Origin: Trichinella spiralis
Taxonomy: Eukaryota
Length of the DNA stretch: 64,000 nt
Assembly: GCF_000181795.1 (NCBI RefSeq)
Contig: NW_003526940.1
Location: forward strand, 2,127,854-2,191,853
Reading direction: 5' to 3'
The notes beneath the pieces were generated by a model. The model searched no databases. It saw nothing but the letters and a program-made list of their open reading frames with translations, and had not been told where the DNA came from. Shown one piece after another: positions 12,727 to 25,390 of this stretch. Numbering within the stretch: the first letter of the stretch is position 1; the number at the start of each line of letters is the position of its first letter. Position numbers and translations under genes: made by a program.

Positions 12727-15489
12727 ATGGTAAGCACTTATTCAGTTTTGGTATTTGTATTGGTTTTTCAGTTGAATGATTTTGATTCATATTTTAATGA
12801 ATCTTGATCTAGGTTCTCCTTTCTGCTGCTGTTTGTACTAAAAATGGGAAACGTAAGTATTGTTTATTTATTTATTGTACGGTTTAATAACAACTGTTCA
12901 TTTGGTGATATTATTTTTTGTAAATAATTTGAAGAAATCTAATTTAAAAAGATTTTTCCTTATGCTGTCGAATGTGAAAAAACTTTACACGCCAGACATA
13001 ACGTATACGGTAATCTGTGTAATGTAATCAGTATAATATATTTGTCACATTTATTGCATTCTATGAATGTTCAATGTCGTACGCTTTGAACGTACAGCAG
13101 TTTTTGGTTAGTCAAGAATGGTCATACAAATGCAAGTTTCTTTTAGCATTGCTGTCTCGTCAGTTTGTAGAGATGACACGTTCTCGTGTCGAAGGTTTGT
13201 TGTCTGCTTTTCCAAAACTCCTAAACGCCGACAAAAATGAATCTCGTCAACATACTTTTATTGAAACCGAAAGTGTTCGTTACGTTTATCAACCTTTGGA
13301 TCAGCTGTATGTTTTTCTCATTACTACCAAAGCCAGCAACATTTTAGAAGACCTTGAAACGCTTCGTTTATTTGCAAGAGTGGTGCGTGTTTTGCTTTTA
13401 ATTCTCTAATGAAAATGTTCAACATTTGCAAAAACAGTGGATTTAGTTTGTATTTGAACTGTTGATTACTGTAGCTTAAAGTGCTGACATTTAATACATA
13501 ATGGTTGTTAGTTGTTGCATTTTTATTCTTGTGTAATAGTTTCTGTTAAGAAAAATAAAATTTAATTTGATATTTTAAGCTTGTGGTAAATTCTTTTAAA
13601 ATGTTATTTATAATTTTTAAAGTAACGGATGTATAATAATTTCCTTGTATGCTGCATGTGGTCGCATCATAAAATTTTATTCTAGATACCTGAGTATTGT
13701 CGGTCATGTGATGAGAAAGAGGTTATGGAACGAGCTTTTGATTTAGTATTTGCATTTGATGAAATTGTCGCCCTTGGATATCGTGAAAATGTGAATTTGT
13801 CGCAAATACGTACTTATGTTGATATGGACAGTCATGACGAGCGCGTCTACTATCAAATCAAGAAGGTATGTATTTTGCTATATGTATGTATAGTTGTGGA
13901 TTTACCAAATTTTCAGAGTCAAGAAGAGGAAGCGAAGAAATTGGCTAAAGATAAAGCTAGAGAACTTACGCGTGCCAAATTAGAGGCCGGAAAGCGTCCT
14001 CGTGACCATGGCATGTATACTGGCTTTGGTCCACAAATTTCGAAAATCGAACCAGCCGCAGTTAAAGAGCGTGATTCGGATAGTTCGTTGATGACGAAAT
14101 ACAGCAATCCATCAAAATATGCAAAGTAGGCATTTTTTCTTTTAATAAACTTTAATGTTTTTATATATTTTAATCCATGTTTATTTTCCTTTTAGTAAAC
14201 CACCTGCTGAAGCTGGTAAAGCTATGAAATTGAGTGCAAAAGCTTGCGACGCTGACGCATTCGTTGATCAGCTGAAATCGGAAGGTTTAGGTAATATATC
14301 TCTGACGCATTGTCAATTTATAAGTTTTCTGATAAAATAAACTTGAATTTAGAAATATTATCAAATGGCCAACTAAAAGATCAGAATAATGATGCACAAG
14401 CTGTCAAGACAGAAGAGTTGAGTATTCCTTTTTTTTCCTTGTCAGATTTCTTCACTGTTGAAATGTTTTTAAATTTTTTTTCATTAATGTACATTTAATT
14501 TATGGTTTTTTGAATTATTACAGTGTACATGTGAAATGTGAAGAGAAGTTGAGCGTGGCAGTTAAACGAGACGGCGGGATGGAAAATCTCGATGTTCACG
14601 GTCAACTTAGTTTGTACATAAAGAATGAGGCTTTTGCTCGAATAATGGTAAAAGTAGCCAACAATGATAAAAGTGGAGCTCAGTTGCAGGTTTCGTTATA
14701 TTTTTGATCTTATTTAACGAATACAAACGAACAGTAGTGGTTGGTGTTGTTCAGACTCATCCAAATTTGGATAAGAAAGCTTTCGCTTCAAATGGTTTGT
14801 TGACGTTGAAAAATGTTGGAAAGCCGTTTCCGGTGAACACAGAGGTTAGCGTGTTGAAGTGGAGATTTCAATCTCAAGATGAAGCATATTTGCCTTTTTC
14901 TCGTTAGTTTTTATTTTATTTCATTTTTTTAAGATTATTCTTTAACTTTTCCGTCCATTCAAATATTTAGTAAATTGTTGGCCATCGGAAAGCGCAGATG
15001 GTTGTGAAGTGAACATCGAATACACACTAGAGGATGAAAATATGCAATTAGAAGATGTTCTCATTACCATTCCATTACCGTACGTTGTATACATATATTT
15101 TTTTCAGATTATTAAAGCATTTTGAACTTTCAGATCTGGCTCACCAGCACCTGTCATTGTTGAATGCGACGGAGAATATAAGCATGTTCGTATGCACAAC
15201 TGTTTAGAATGGCGACTACCGTTGATCGACTACACTAACAAGCAAGGTTGCTTGGAATTTACCACAAAAATGGGACACGTGGATCATTTTTTTCCAATAA
15301 AAATACAGTTTTCTTCTAAGCAGCTTTTTTGCAACATAACGGTTTGTTGGCGTTATTGTTTAATTTTACCCAATAAGGCTAGCTGTGAGTATTTTTCAGG
15401 CTGAGCAAGTGTCATTGGCCGACGACAATAATCCTGTGAAATTTTCACAAGAAATCAAACTCATTACTGAGAAATATATCGTTGTTTAA
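12727..15489 (+). CDS. copd-1: Coatomer subunit delta (archain/ARCN1), ~515 aa; exons 12727-12729, 12813-12852, 13147-13382, 13686-13865, 13917-14125, 14196-14290, 14353-14416, 14524-14689, 14755-14902, 14971-15079, 15134-15341, 15400-15489
   Basis: [39 protein letters not shown]...[17 protein letters not shown]...[13 protein letters not shown] (longin domain) and QTHPNLDK...VLKWR...NCWPS (mu-homology domain). The 1548-nt spliced CDS is in frame to TAA. Confidence 0.95.
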
Positions 15490-15990
15490 AACTAACAAGT
15501 TCTACCCGTTCAGAAATATTTTAAAATTATATAATGATGATCATTATGGGTTGGCTGTTTTTTTGGCAGACCTCATTCAGCAGCTGTTTGGTTTGAAAAA
15601 TGAAAATGGCAAAAAAGCCACAGTGGTTCCAGTTTAAGTTTAAAAACCACTGCGGTGCGGTTCTGGATGATAATTCGATATTTTTCCTGTAATAAAAAAG
15701 TAAAAATTTTTTAATTACACGTCACACCAACTAATTTTCTTAAATTTTTAAAATCCTGAACATTCAAGTACATTAAGTAACATACAACGGAGAGGATAAA
15801 TTGACAACAAAAAGTTATAAAATGAAATTTAAAGTTTAAAATGTGGATAATTTTGAATTTTTTCACATTCAAATGCGAAGAAAGCATTTTATAAAATTTT
15901 CTTTCCCTTAATGGTTCTAAAAACGCAAACTTTTTAGTTTCCTGGTATACTATGATCATTTTGAAAGCAAAAAAACATGACCTCTTATGA

Positions 15991-17371
15991 TTAAATTTCG
16001 CCTTCCAACTCACACAACGTTTTCAAAGAATTAGCGTAATAATCCGGAGAAAGTTCTGTTCGAGCGTTTTTCACGTCCTCTAATGTCGTGTTACCGCTCA
16101 AAACTAACATACTCGCCAGGCCATGCCTCTTTGCGAATGCAATATCCGTTGCAAGGCTAAAAGAAAGCCAGTTGAACTACTTTTAAAAGTTTGCTTTGTG
16201 GAAAGCAAGAGTTTGATTTTAAAAAACCATACGTGTCTCCAGTCATGAGAGTTTTTGACGGATCCAATCCCAGCTTTTCTTTCAAATACGTCAGTATTGG
16301 CCTGTGAGGTTTGCCAATTACAATTGGTTCCCTGCCGCTAGCAACTTTCACAGAAGCCAGTACAGATCCAGCTCCTAAAAATTGCATTATCGCACTTTTT
16401 TACATGCAAAATAACATCTTTTAGTTACAACCTGGCAATACTAGAAGAGGATTTGTTGAAGGAAAACATGAATCTTCGTTTGTTGCAACAAATAAGCAGT
16501 CTTTGTTTTTCAAATAAGATGAAGCTTTCAATATTTTAGCATAAGAAATGTGAGGATCAAATCCAACTATCACGGCAGAAACCTTAAATAGCAAGTTAAA
16601 AAAATAAAATAACAACAAATATCTCAGTTACATCTTTCTCCAGATTTACGTCAAATATTCGTTCTTCACTGTGATAATCTTCAAAGTGATCTGCCTAGAA
16701 AAAAATCACTTAACAACAAAAACATTAATGACAGTGTTGTTTAAGTAAAAAAACTCATAAAATTAATTAAAAAACCAAAACTTAAACATAAGCAGAAAAA
16801 TACGTTAGGAAATTGTAATACAAAGAATAATTACCCCAATTCCTAAATGCTGAATTCCAATCTTGTCCAATTCTTTCCCTAATCCGGGACCTCCAATCAC
16901 ATACACTTTATTTCTGATGTGCAACTTGTGTTTCAAATAATAAGCAGTAACAGTTGATGACGAAACAATTTCTTCCTAAATTCACCAAATAGTAGAGCGA
17001 AACAAAAGTATTTCACATACTTCATTTAAAATATGAATTCCAAGCTTTTCGCATTTATTCAAATAATCCAATGGACTCTTGGTACTATTGTTTGTTACAA
17101 GGCACACCTTTTTCCCCTATAAAGAATCATACATCACAAGATAACGCAAACTGCGGTATGTAAATACTGCACATGTCGATGTTTAAGTAATGAAAGTGCT
17201 TCGGCAGCTCCTTCGATAATCGACTCACCATTCCAAATGACACCTAATATGTGAAAACATAAAAAAAAGAAAGGATTTTCAGCATTAATCACCATCACAA
17301 TCGAATAAAAAATAATTAAATTTCTGCAAAATTTTATTCCAATCTAGTTGCGTCAAGCGTGCAGAAGACAT
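15991..17371 (-). CDS. HAD-superfamily class IIA phosphatase (phosphoglycolate/glycerol-3-phosphate phosphatase, PGP/PDXP-like), ~302 aa; exons 17371-17293, 17243-17173, 17116-17021, 16975-16835, 16694-16632, 16582-16432, 16374-16233, 16156-15991
   Basis: HAD motif I FDCDGVIW, motif II VTNNSTKS, cap AVIVGFD...FVATNED, motif III IGKP, motif IV GDTLATDI. The 909-nt spliced CDS is in frame. Confidence 0.92.
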
Positions 17372-17888
17372 TCCGATGATCAAAAGTAAACACGGGTAAA
17401 CAAAAAAATATATAAGTACTGTAATTACAGTAATCAAAATGCAAGGGTAATTATAAAATCAAAATATGAAATGGAGCATCCATCAAAAAAGACTAATCGC
17501 AATTCTAGTATATTTTTGCATGCATTCACGACGCGTTCAATAAAATAATAACATGCAAAAATAAATGCAAAGAAATGAATGCAGCACACATTTATAAATT
17601 AATTTTTTCAAATTTTGATTTTTTAAAACATTTATTTACATATAACGAAAAAAATATGCAGGATTTTCATAACAAAAAATGATTGTCCAAAAAAAGGAAA
17701 AACATTTTGCATCAATGAAAAGCATGAAAAGCAGAAAGACGAATTAATAAATGAACTATAAGCACTTTCTTTTATTATATTCTTTTTATGACTTCTCTCA
17801 GTATTTATAAACAAAAATAACAATGAAAGCATATCTGCTGACTTGTCTAATGTCGAAATTCAAAAGTAAGTTTGAAATGAAAAGAGTT

Positions 17889-17970
17889 CGCTGCGAGTAG
17901 GATTTGAACCTACGCGGGAATATCCCATTGGATTTCGAGTCCAACGCCTTAACCACTCGGCCATCGCAGC
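17889..17970 (-). tRNA. tRNA-Ser, anticodon CGA, 82 nt, long variable arm
   Basis: GCTGCGATGGCCGAGTGGTTAAGGCGTTGGACTCGAAATCCAATGGGATATTCCCGCGTAGGTTCAAATCCTACTCGCAGCG: acceptor stem GCTGCGA/TCGCAGC, A box, anticodon stem TTGGA/TCCAA around CTCGAAA, GTTCAAATC B box, and a downstream T run. Confidence 0.96.
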
Positions 17971-20286
17971 TCATTTTAAGTGATTTGCAAAACACATATA
18001 ATAATGTATGCCATTTGACATTGCTAAATATTAATAAGTCTAGTTAGAATTTCTGGAATATACCTTTTTCAAATGAACTTAAAGCAATTTTCTACAAAAT
18101 TAATAAAGAAAAGTAAGATTCATTTACTGTATTGTTTGCTATTTTGCATTTATAATAAAAGCGGAATGTGTTTGCTTCACTTTAATTATGTTTATGCTGC
18201 ACTATATTTTTACTTTTGATGAAACATTTCGGCGTTTTCAGCAAGTTTTGTTTGCAGTGTTAAATCATCATTGCCATTTGTTTTACAGAAGCAATTAATG
18301 TTCAATTTAAAATTGTTGTTTGATCACTTTATGGCAAACTCGATTTATAATAATTGATAGACATCACTGCTTAAAAGTAATAACTTGGAAAATAAGATCT
18401 TAAAGTAAGTTTTAACAAAAAATGAGAACACGTATTTAACTTCTTTAACGTATTCAGCTTTCCTCGCTTCAATATTCGCTTCCAAGAAAGGGGATGAATG
18501 CCCTCACTGTTGATATACGTTGCTCTATGAGTGTTGTCGCGTACAGAGTTACTTTCTTTCCTTGTCTACCCCACTAAGACCTTTGCGACTAACTTTCTCA
18601 CATGTCTTCTGGACGACCAAAACGTTTTATTAGCGAATGCTTTGAATGATTGTTACTGCTTCCATTTGACTACTATATAGTAACTTTTTTTGAAAATGTT
18701 TTTATTTTTGTATACTTTTTCTGCTTTATTGCAAAAATATTTGTTAAATATATTAGTTTAAAATATAATTCAATAACAAACACTTTTGCGTAAATGGCAT
18801 AAACATCGCTACTTACATATTATATACATGCAAATTTATATCGCCTGATTACTAATGTAACTTTTCTAAATGACATAATTTTCCTTTTTTTATTCAATTA
18901 AAACGGTATCTAGTTTTTTGAAGAGTTAATTTATTAAAAGAGTTAGTTAATCATTCCGTGTTAATATGCACATGTCATATCCAATAAAAATATCATTAAT
19001 AAACTTTGTCAAATAATCATTAAAATTTATGAACTAAAATTTTTTTAATTTATTTTTTTAATTTGAAATCTGAGTACAAAAAATTAACTAATTATTTTAA
19101 TTTCATTACGCTAAAAGTGTTTATCTGGAATATGTACAGTACGGTACTGTTTTATTCACAAGTGAATCTTCACAAATGACATTATATGAAACTTACGCAT
19201 CAGAGAACTTTTCTTTTGATTACCCATAATTCATAATGTAAAATTTATTATAACTCACTGACTGGCAATTGTTTATCACTTAATAGAAGCAGAGTGAAAC
19301 GCTTCGAATCAATTTCACGTTGATTCTTGGCATCATTTTATCAAACCAATAAATTTGTTTGCAATTGCATAAGATGATAACAGGAAATAAAAGTTAACAT
19401 TTTAAAATATTTATAAATAATTTGATCAACTGAATTTTGTTTCTAAGCAAAAATAATAAGAGATGAGTATTCTAGATTATATCAATCATTGTTGACATGA
19501 TTTTAAGCTTTTTTTAAGCAAGAAATAAAAATTACTTTTATCAACAATTATTTACAATTATTGCGTTTAAGAAAACAGTTTTTAATACAATTAAACAGCT
19601 ATAATGTAAATAAACAAATGTCCAACTCACCTTTGTGACGATGATTGAAGTGAACAAAAAATTTAATTAAGCAAGCTTTACTAAAAATAAAATAAAATCA
19701 TCTGCTAATAAGCCGCATTATTCATTAATTGATTACTTTTAAGATAAAAAAAATCGTTCATTTTAGAAAGCATCATATATAAAAGATAGCTTTTTACAAA
19801 AATTACATTAGCTTTATATATTTTTTTAATTTTATAATACTGCTGTTTTAGATTAGCTGTCAATGGTTACGGCAGCTTTTTAAAGTTAAATACGTCATTT
19901 GTTATCATAATTTTCCATGGAATTTGACATCAGCATCTTTGTACAAGGAAATGAACTTTCGAAAAATAAATTCACAATCTTTGATTTTATTACTTTTGAA
20001 CTTTGATGTTTGAATGAGCTTTTTATGAGAGGTATGCAATTAACCTTCTTCCGGAAATTTTATTTTTTTGTAAAATTTTTGTAAAATATTTATTATTTTT
20101 AATATGTTTAGAATATGTAAATGCCTAGAATTGTTTAGAAGCAACAGAATATTGTTAAAGTTATATGATATGATTGTAAAAATTAAAATGGACAAATGCA
20201 AAGCATTCATGATAAAAAAAACTGAATGAATTTTTAAAATAATACGTAAAAACACGATGAACACTTGTTTCTGTAAATTACTTTAG

Positions 20287-20411
20287 AAGATTTTTTCTTA
20301 TCTAGCATTTCATCTTTCTGTCTTAAATTACCGAAGAAGCATATTGATCAGTTTAACGTTGCTGTTCATGCTAAGTCTAATGAATTCGCTTCAGCTAATG
20401 GTATTAAAGAG
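20287..20411 (+). other. Candidate upstream exon, possibly of rimb-1
   Basis: TTTAG acceptor, an open frame (DFFLSSISSFCLKLPKKHIDQFNVAVHAKSNEFASANGIKE) and a GAG|GTAAGT donor in phase 0, compatible with the exon at 27597. No homology recognised. Confidence 0.3.
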
Positions 20412-23400
20412 GTAAGTAAATCTTGTTTATGCTTGGAAGGTATTTATTGGCAAGTCTCCCATTTATAACTTTTCAAGGATTCGATTTATATTACCTGTAT
20501 TATGAACATCTGCTTTGCGAATAGTTGTTGGCTCAATTTCACACTTTACATAAATGTTCGGTGAATCGTCTATGGTTTTTACATGCGTTGTTGTAAGATT
20601 TATAGGTGTTGTCATTATTAAAACATTATCATAACATTGCGTTTATTTTTTTATTTCGAAAGTTAAGCATTTTAAAATGAATAAAATATAACTTTATAAA
20701 AAATGTTTATTCATGTATGCATATGTGCGTACATTTATTAAATATTTAATTTTCATTTTCCTCATTTGTTCGTCATAATTAAAAATCTTTTGACCTTTAG
20801 TTTTACAAAATGAATACAAAAAATTTATTGACAATTCTTCACGCTGTTCGATTTTTAGGAATAAAAGAGATTGCATAAAATGTGAAACATTTGTTTCATT
20901 TTATTTTCAATTTAAACAAGCTAATTTTATTTTCTATGCATGTAATTAAACATATTCAATTTTATAAATTTTAGCAATTTTAAGTTAATTTATCAATTGC
21001 GCTAATAAGTTTTATATTATCAATAAATGATGGTGAATAAAAGCAAAGTAAAGGGACTGATATCAACAGTAATTAGCATCTTCAGGGAGATTTTTCATTG
21101 TATTCATATTTATAATTATTTAATATCTATGATTACAAAAGTAAAGATATGTTTTATAATTGAAGCCTATTTTAATTAAAATTATTTCATTTTTAATTTA
21201 TCAGTGACAATAATTATACTGACAAATTTGATTTAACAGTATTAATTTTTATTGAACATAATTTATACTAACTGAAATTATATGATTCTATATAGCAAAA
21301 TATATGTCATGTACATGACGTTTCTTTTTTAATACTTTTTGAGTGGTTTTAAAGTTATAAGCTTTTGTTAAATAAAGCTAATTTACATTTCAGAATTAAG
21401 ATTATTACTAAAACTATTTTACTATCATTTTTTAAAATATTTAATTTTCATTTTGTTGAACACTGTCATTATAAAATATTTATTTTGTAAATTTTATAAT
21501 AAAATTATTAAAGTAAAGCGGTTGTTTTGTTTCCAGTTTTGTAAAATACATCTTAGTTATGCATGCATATATATACATACATACATACATATATTGCATA
21601 ATTAGTTATAAATTAATGAAAGTTTATTAAAAAGTCAATGTTGTGTAATGATGCAGTTTAGCTAACGACAGACTTTTTGCATTATGATATAAACTAATTA
21701 TTACGATGCCGAGCTCGAATTTTAAAAAATGTTTTCAAAGCATTTTAACATAATTTCATTTCATACTAATGAAACAAAAAAAATATCTAGTGACTTTACA
21801 CAAATACTAATTGAGACTATTATTTAAATTGTATTTTGTTAACAATCTTCTAAAATTAATTTTCTCATAGAAATTAAAAGCAACAATAAGGATGATGAGT
21901 TGCAATAGTATAAAACAATTACACAAATAAGTCATCTTTTTAATGTTTACTTTCAAAATTAACATAATAAAATAAAGCACTTGAGAAAACCAGTGAGTTG
22001 TGCTGCTATTTATTATTATGCATTGCTTATAGCGGAATGAAGACCATTTTTGCGGATTCACAGTACAATAAAAAATATGGAAAGCACATTTTTGGAAATG
22101 TACAGTCTTCTAGAAAAACTGAAGTTACAAAATCAATGTTTCGACTATGATCAGGTAAAAAAGATTGCTTTTTACAAAATTTTTGAGCTTAAATTTCATA
22201 ACCAAAAATACAAAAATTCATTAAAAAAATACAACCAAAAATATTATCGTTTTCTTTTTGTTTGACTCATTTGATCGTTTGTGACTTTTCTTTTATCGAT
22301 GATCGTCCACATTTTTAGCATTAATATTTTAAATGTATTAACTAATCAATGGACAGTCGTCTTTTGTTAAATAACTGACTTTTACTACCAGGTGAAGTTA
22401 AGTTAAAAGACATTCTACGATTGTTCATCCTTTTGTAGTATTTCAATTCCATCTATATATAAGTAAGTATATTACATTATCAGCCATATTACATATTTTG
22501 CAACAGTTCTACAAATTTAAATTAATTAAATCTATATTCACGTTTTATGCAGTAGAAATTTTGAATGTTCAATGAAACATTATATGGATGTGTGGTTAGA
22601 GTTGGTGTTCGGCTTTGTGAAAACGTTTTTGAAATTGTAAACTTCAAATTGCTTTTCTCTGCTTTGAAGCTTTATTCATCTGTGTGCACACTAATTCAGT
22701 CGCTGAAAAGAATTGAAAATTGACATTTTCCCTAAAATCTATAGCTTGATTAATTTTTTTCAATGCTTATTATTTCAATTTAACAAAAAAAATTTTTTCA
22801 CTTATTGACTCCTATCAGCTTAATTGTACGTTGAAAAGCAATTCAACAAAGTTTTATTATTATCTTCTTATTTCAAATTGCATATATTATACAGAAGTAT
22901 GATTCGTCTTATATTTTCCAAATAACTAAGAACTGTAATAATTTTTAATTAGGATCATTTTTAAAGCATAAAGATCGTTTTTCTTCTTCATTATTCATCT
23001 TTTAATAATTAATGACAAGAAGATGATATGAAAAATAATTTGAAATTTCTTTTTCTTTTTTTTTCAAATATGAACAATATTTTCATGTTCAAAATTGACA
23101 CAATAGTACTTTGTCGACCGCTTTGGATGTTGTTGTTAGCCAAAAATGCTCCGTTCAATTAGCTGTTTGAATTTAATCAATAACGTTTATGCATTCAGAA
23201 CTTTTAAAATCTTTGTTGCCGATTGCGGTGCACTGGTTGGTTTTTCCTTATAGTTATGTCTGTAGGTGGTCAGCCAACAGGCTGAATTGCAATGTCATAT
23301 ATTGGTGTAAGGTTCCTGTTCTTTTTACACTATTATAAAAGCTAGCTGCATAAAAGAGAAAAAAAAAACACATACACATACACATATAGACAGATCTACA

Positions 23401-25166
23401 TATATGTGTGTACAGACACATTGAGATTAAGTGCTATTGATTAACGCTGAACAGCTCTACCTACTACGGTTGAACACTTGAAATTCTTCTGAGCTATGGC
23501 CTGAAACGGGGTTTGGTCAAAACAAGTAAACCTCCTAAGCAACTTTTGCAGCCTTTCTTGCTCTCACTTCCTCACTGGCCGTTCATCCAGATGACCAAAG
23601 CATTGCTGGTGATTGAAAGCCAATAGAAGTGAAGCAGATCGATCGCTTCTGTTCTGAACGAATTCAAATCGAATAAAATTCAATCGTTACTCGACAACAT
23701 TCTTTCATTTCTGCTTTCAAACCGACCAGCAGCAATATGAACTAGAAGGATAAACAGCGTCATCATCGTGGGCGTGGTTGCTTTCTGACTCACCAGCCTG
23801 ATTATGATTCGCTTATTACCGACTGATTAAACAACTCTGAAACACTTTAATCATAGGTTTGTTCATTAGCATGCAATATTGAAAAGTTGAAAATTTGTTT
23901 AATTAAAGTTTAAAAAAAAATGCAACAACTACAACAACAACGACAACGATAATATTTGTCATTTTTATTATTAATTTCTCTTTTCATTTTGTTTTATTAT
24001 GAATAAACATTTTACACTTATAAAAATTTTTTAAATAAAATAATATTAAGAAACTAAAAATAATTAATGAATATGATATATTCAGTATATAATTCGTGAT
24101 TTATTTTTCATTTATATTATAACATTAAACGCATATGAAACAATTTATCACATCTTGATTGTTAAGGTGAATTGGAAATTAGCATTTTATTTTCAAATGA
24201 AATTTGTCAAAATTTAATTTCAAGTGAATTAGCTTGAATTTCATATTTTTTGTTTGCAATTATGATTCTTGGAATATTATTTTTTGAAAAAAATTTCTAC
24301 CTAAAATAGACTTCTTACAATTACAAGTGAACTTACTTTAATCAACAAAAAAGCAGTTTCTGCATAAATTATGAATGAATTTGATAGGTGAATTTTTGAA
24401 AAATTATCAATTATTAAATCTGCATTTTAAACAGCTTTTTCTCTTGCAGTCAATAGTAGTTTGTAGATTAATATTTTAAAAATGTTAAGTGAATGTCTTA
24501 AATAAAGTATAAAAATTTACAAAAGAAGAGTTTCAAAAAAAAACTATTAATTTTTATTTTGCTCGATTATTACTTTAAAAGTTTCAGTTACTGCCATTGA
24601 ATTGGATTATTATTGTAATACTTTTAAAAATAATATTAATAATAATATTGTCTACATTTCTACATTGCTGTTGTTTTTCAATTTTAATTTTCCATTTTTA
24701 TGAATATCCGTATGAGTTGAATGCCAATCGCATTGTTGTACAAATATAATGAAAGTTGCTTTATCTTCCCAGATCGATTTCAATAGATCGACTAGACTGA
24801 CATTCATAAAAATCCCCTCTCCTCCACAAAAAATGTCATCTGATTTTTTAACTTTCTCATTTCAAATTTAAATTATTGAAACGAGACTGTTTTCTTTCAC
24901 ATAAAACAATTGGTTGATGTTCTGAGACGTTTGAGGATAAAAAATGAGCAAAATTCATTTCCTCCTTGATAGCAGGGATTTTTTCAAAAACTCACCAAAT
25001 TATCTGTGAACGATGAATGTTTTTTTCTCTTGTAAATAGCCATTTGAAGCTAGATTTTTTTTAATTACTAACCGCTGAAACAAAATTCAAGTGGAAATTA
25101 TTTGGGCATAACTCGGGGTGAGGGAATTATAAATTAGTGTCTGATCGTTTATTGATTTCGTTTCAG

Positions 25167-25390
25167 TGGTTCAAATCGTTGGCGTCGAAGCGCTTTTCTT
25201 TTTCTCAGCTTCCTTCTTTCTCTCTTCTCCGTTTCTCTTCCAAGTCTTCTTCCAAGCCTATATTCGGTCAGTTATCTTTGTTGTATTTTCTGCTTTTTGG
25301 AATTTCACTTTAAAAAGCAGACGAAATATTATTCAGCTTCTCAATTGCATCATTTTTTCTGGTCTGAATGCATTACTACATCTGTGAAAG
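25167..25390 (+). other. Candidate non-coding 5' UTR exon of rimb-1
   Basis: TTTCAG acceptor and AAG|GTAAAT donor around a pyrimidine-rich, GC-richer block. No frame continues into the exon at 27597. Confidence 0.3.

Noticed and set aside
17798..17995. 65-aa minus ORF
   Set aside because: It is the tRNA-Ser gene read as codons.
18595..18670. Minus-strand frame ending ...SLIKRFGRPEDM*, resembling an RFamide precursor
   Set aside because: A single motif with no signal peptide or phase-compatible upstream exon found.
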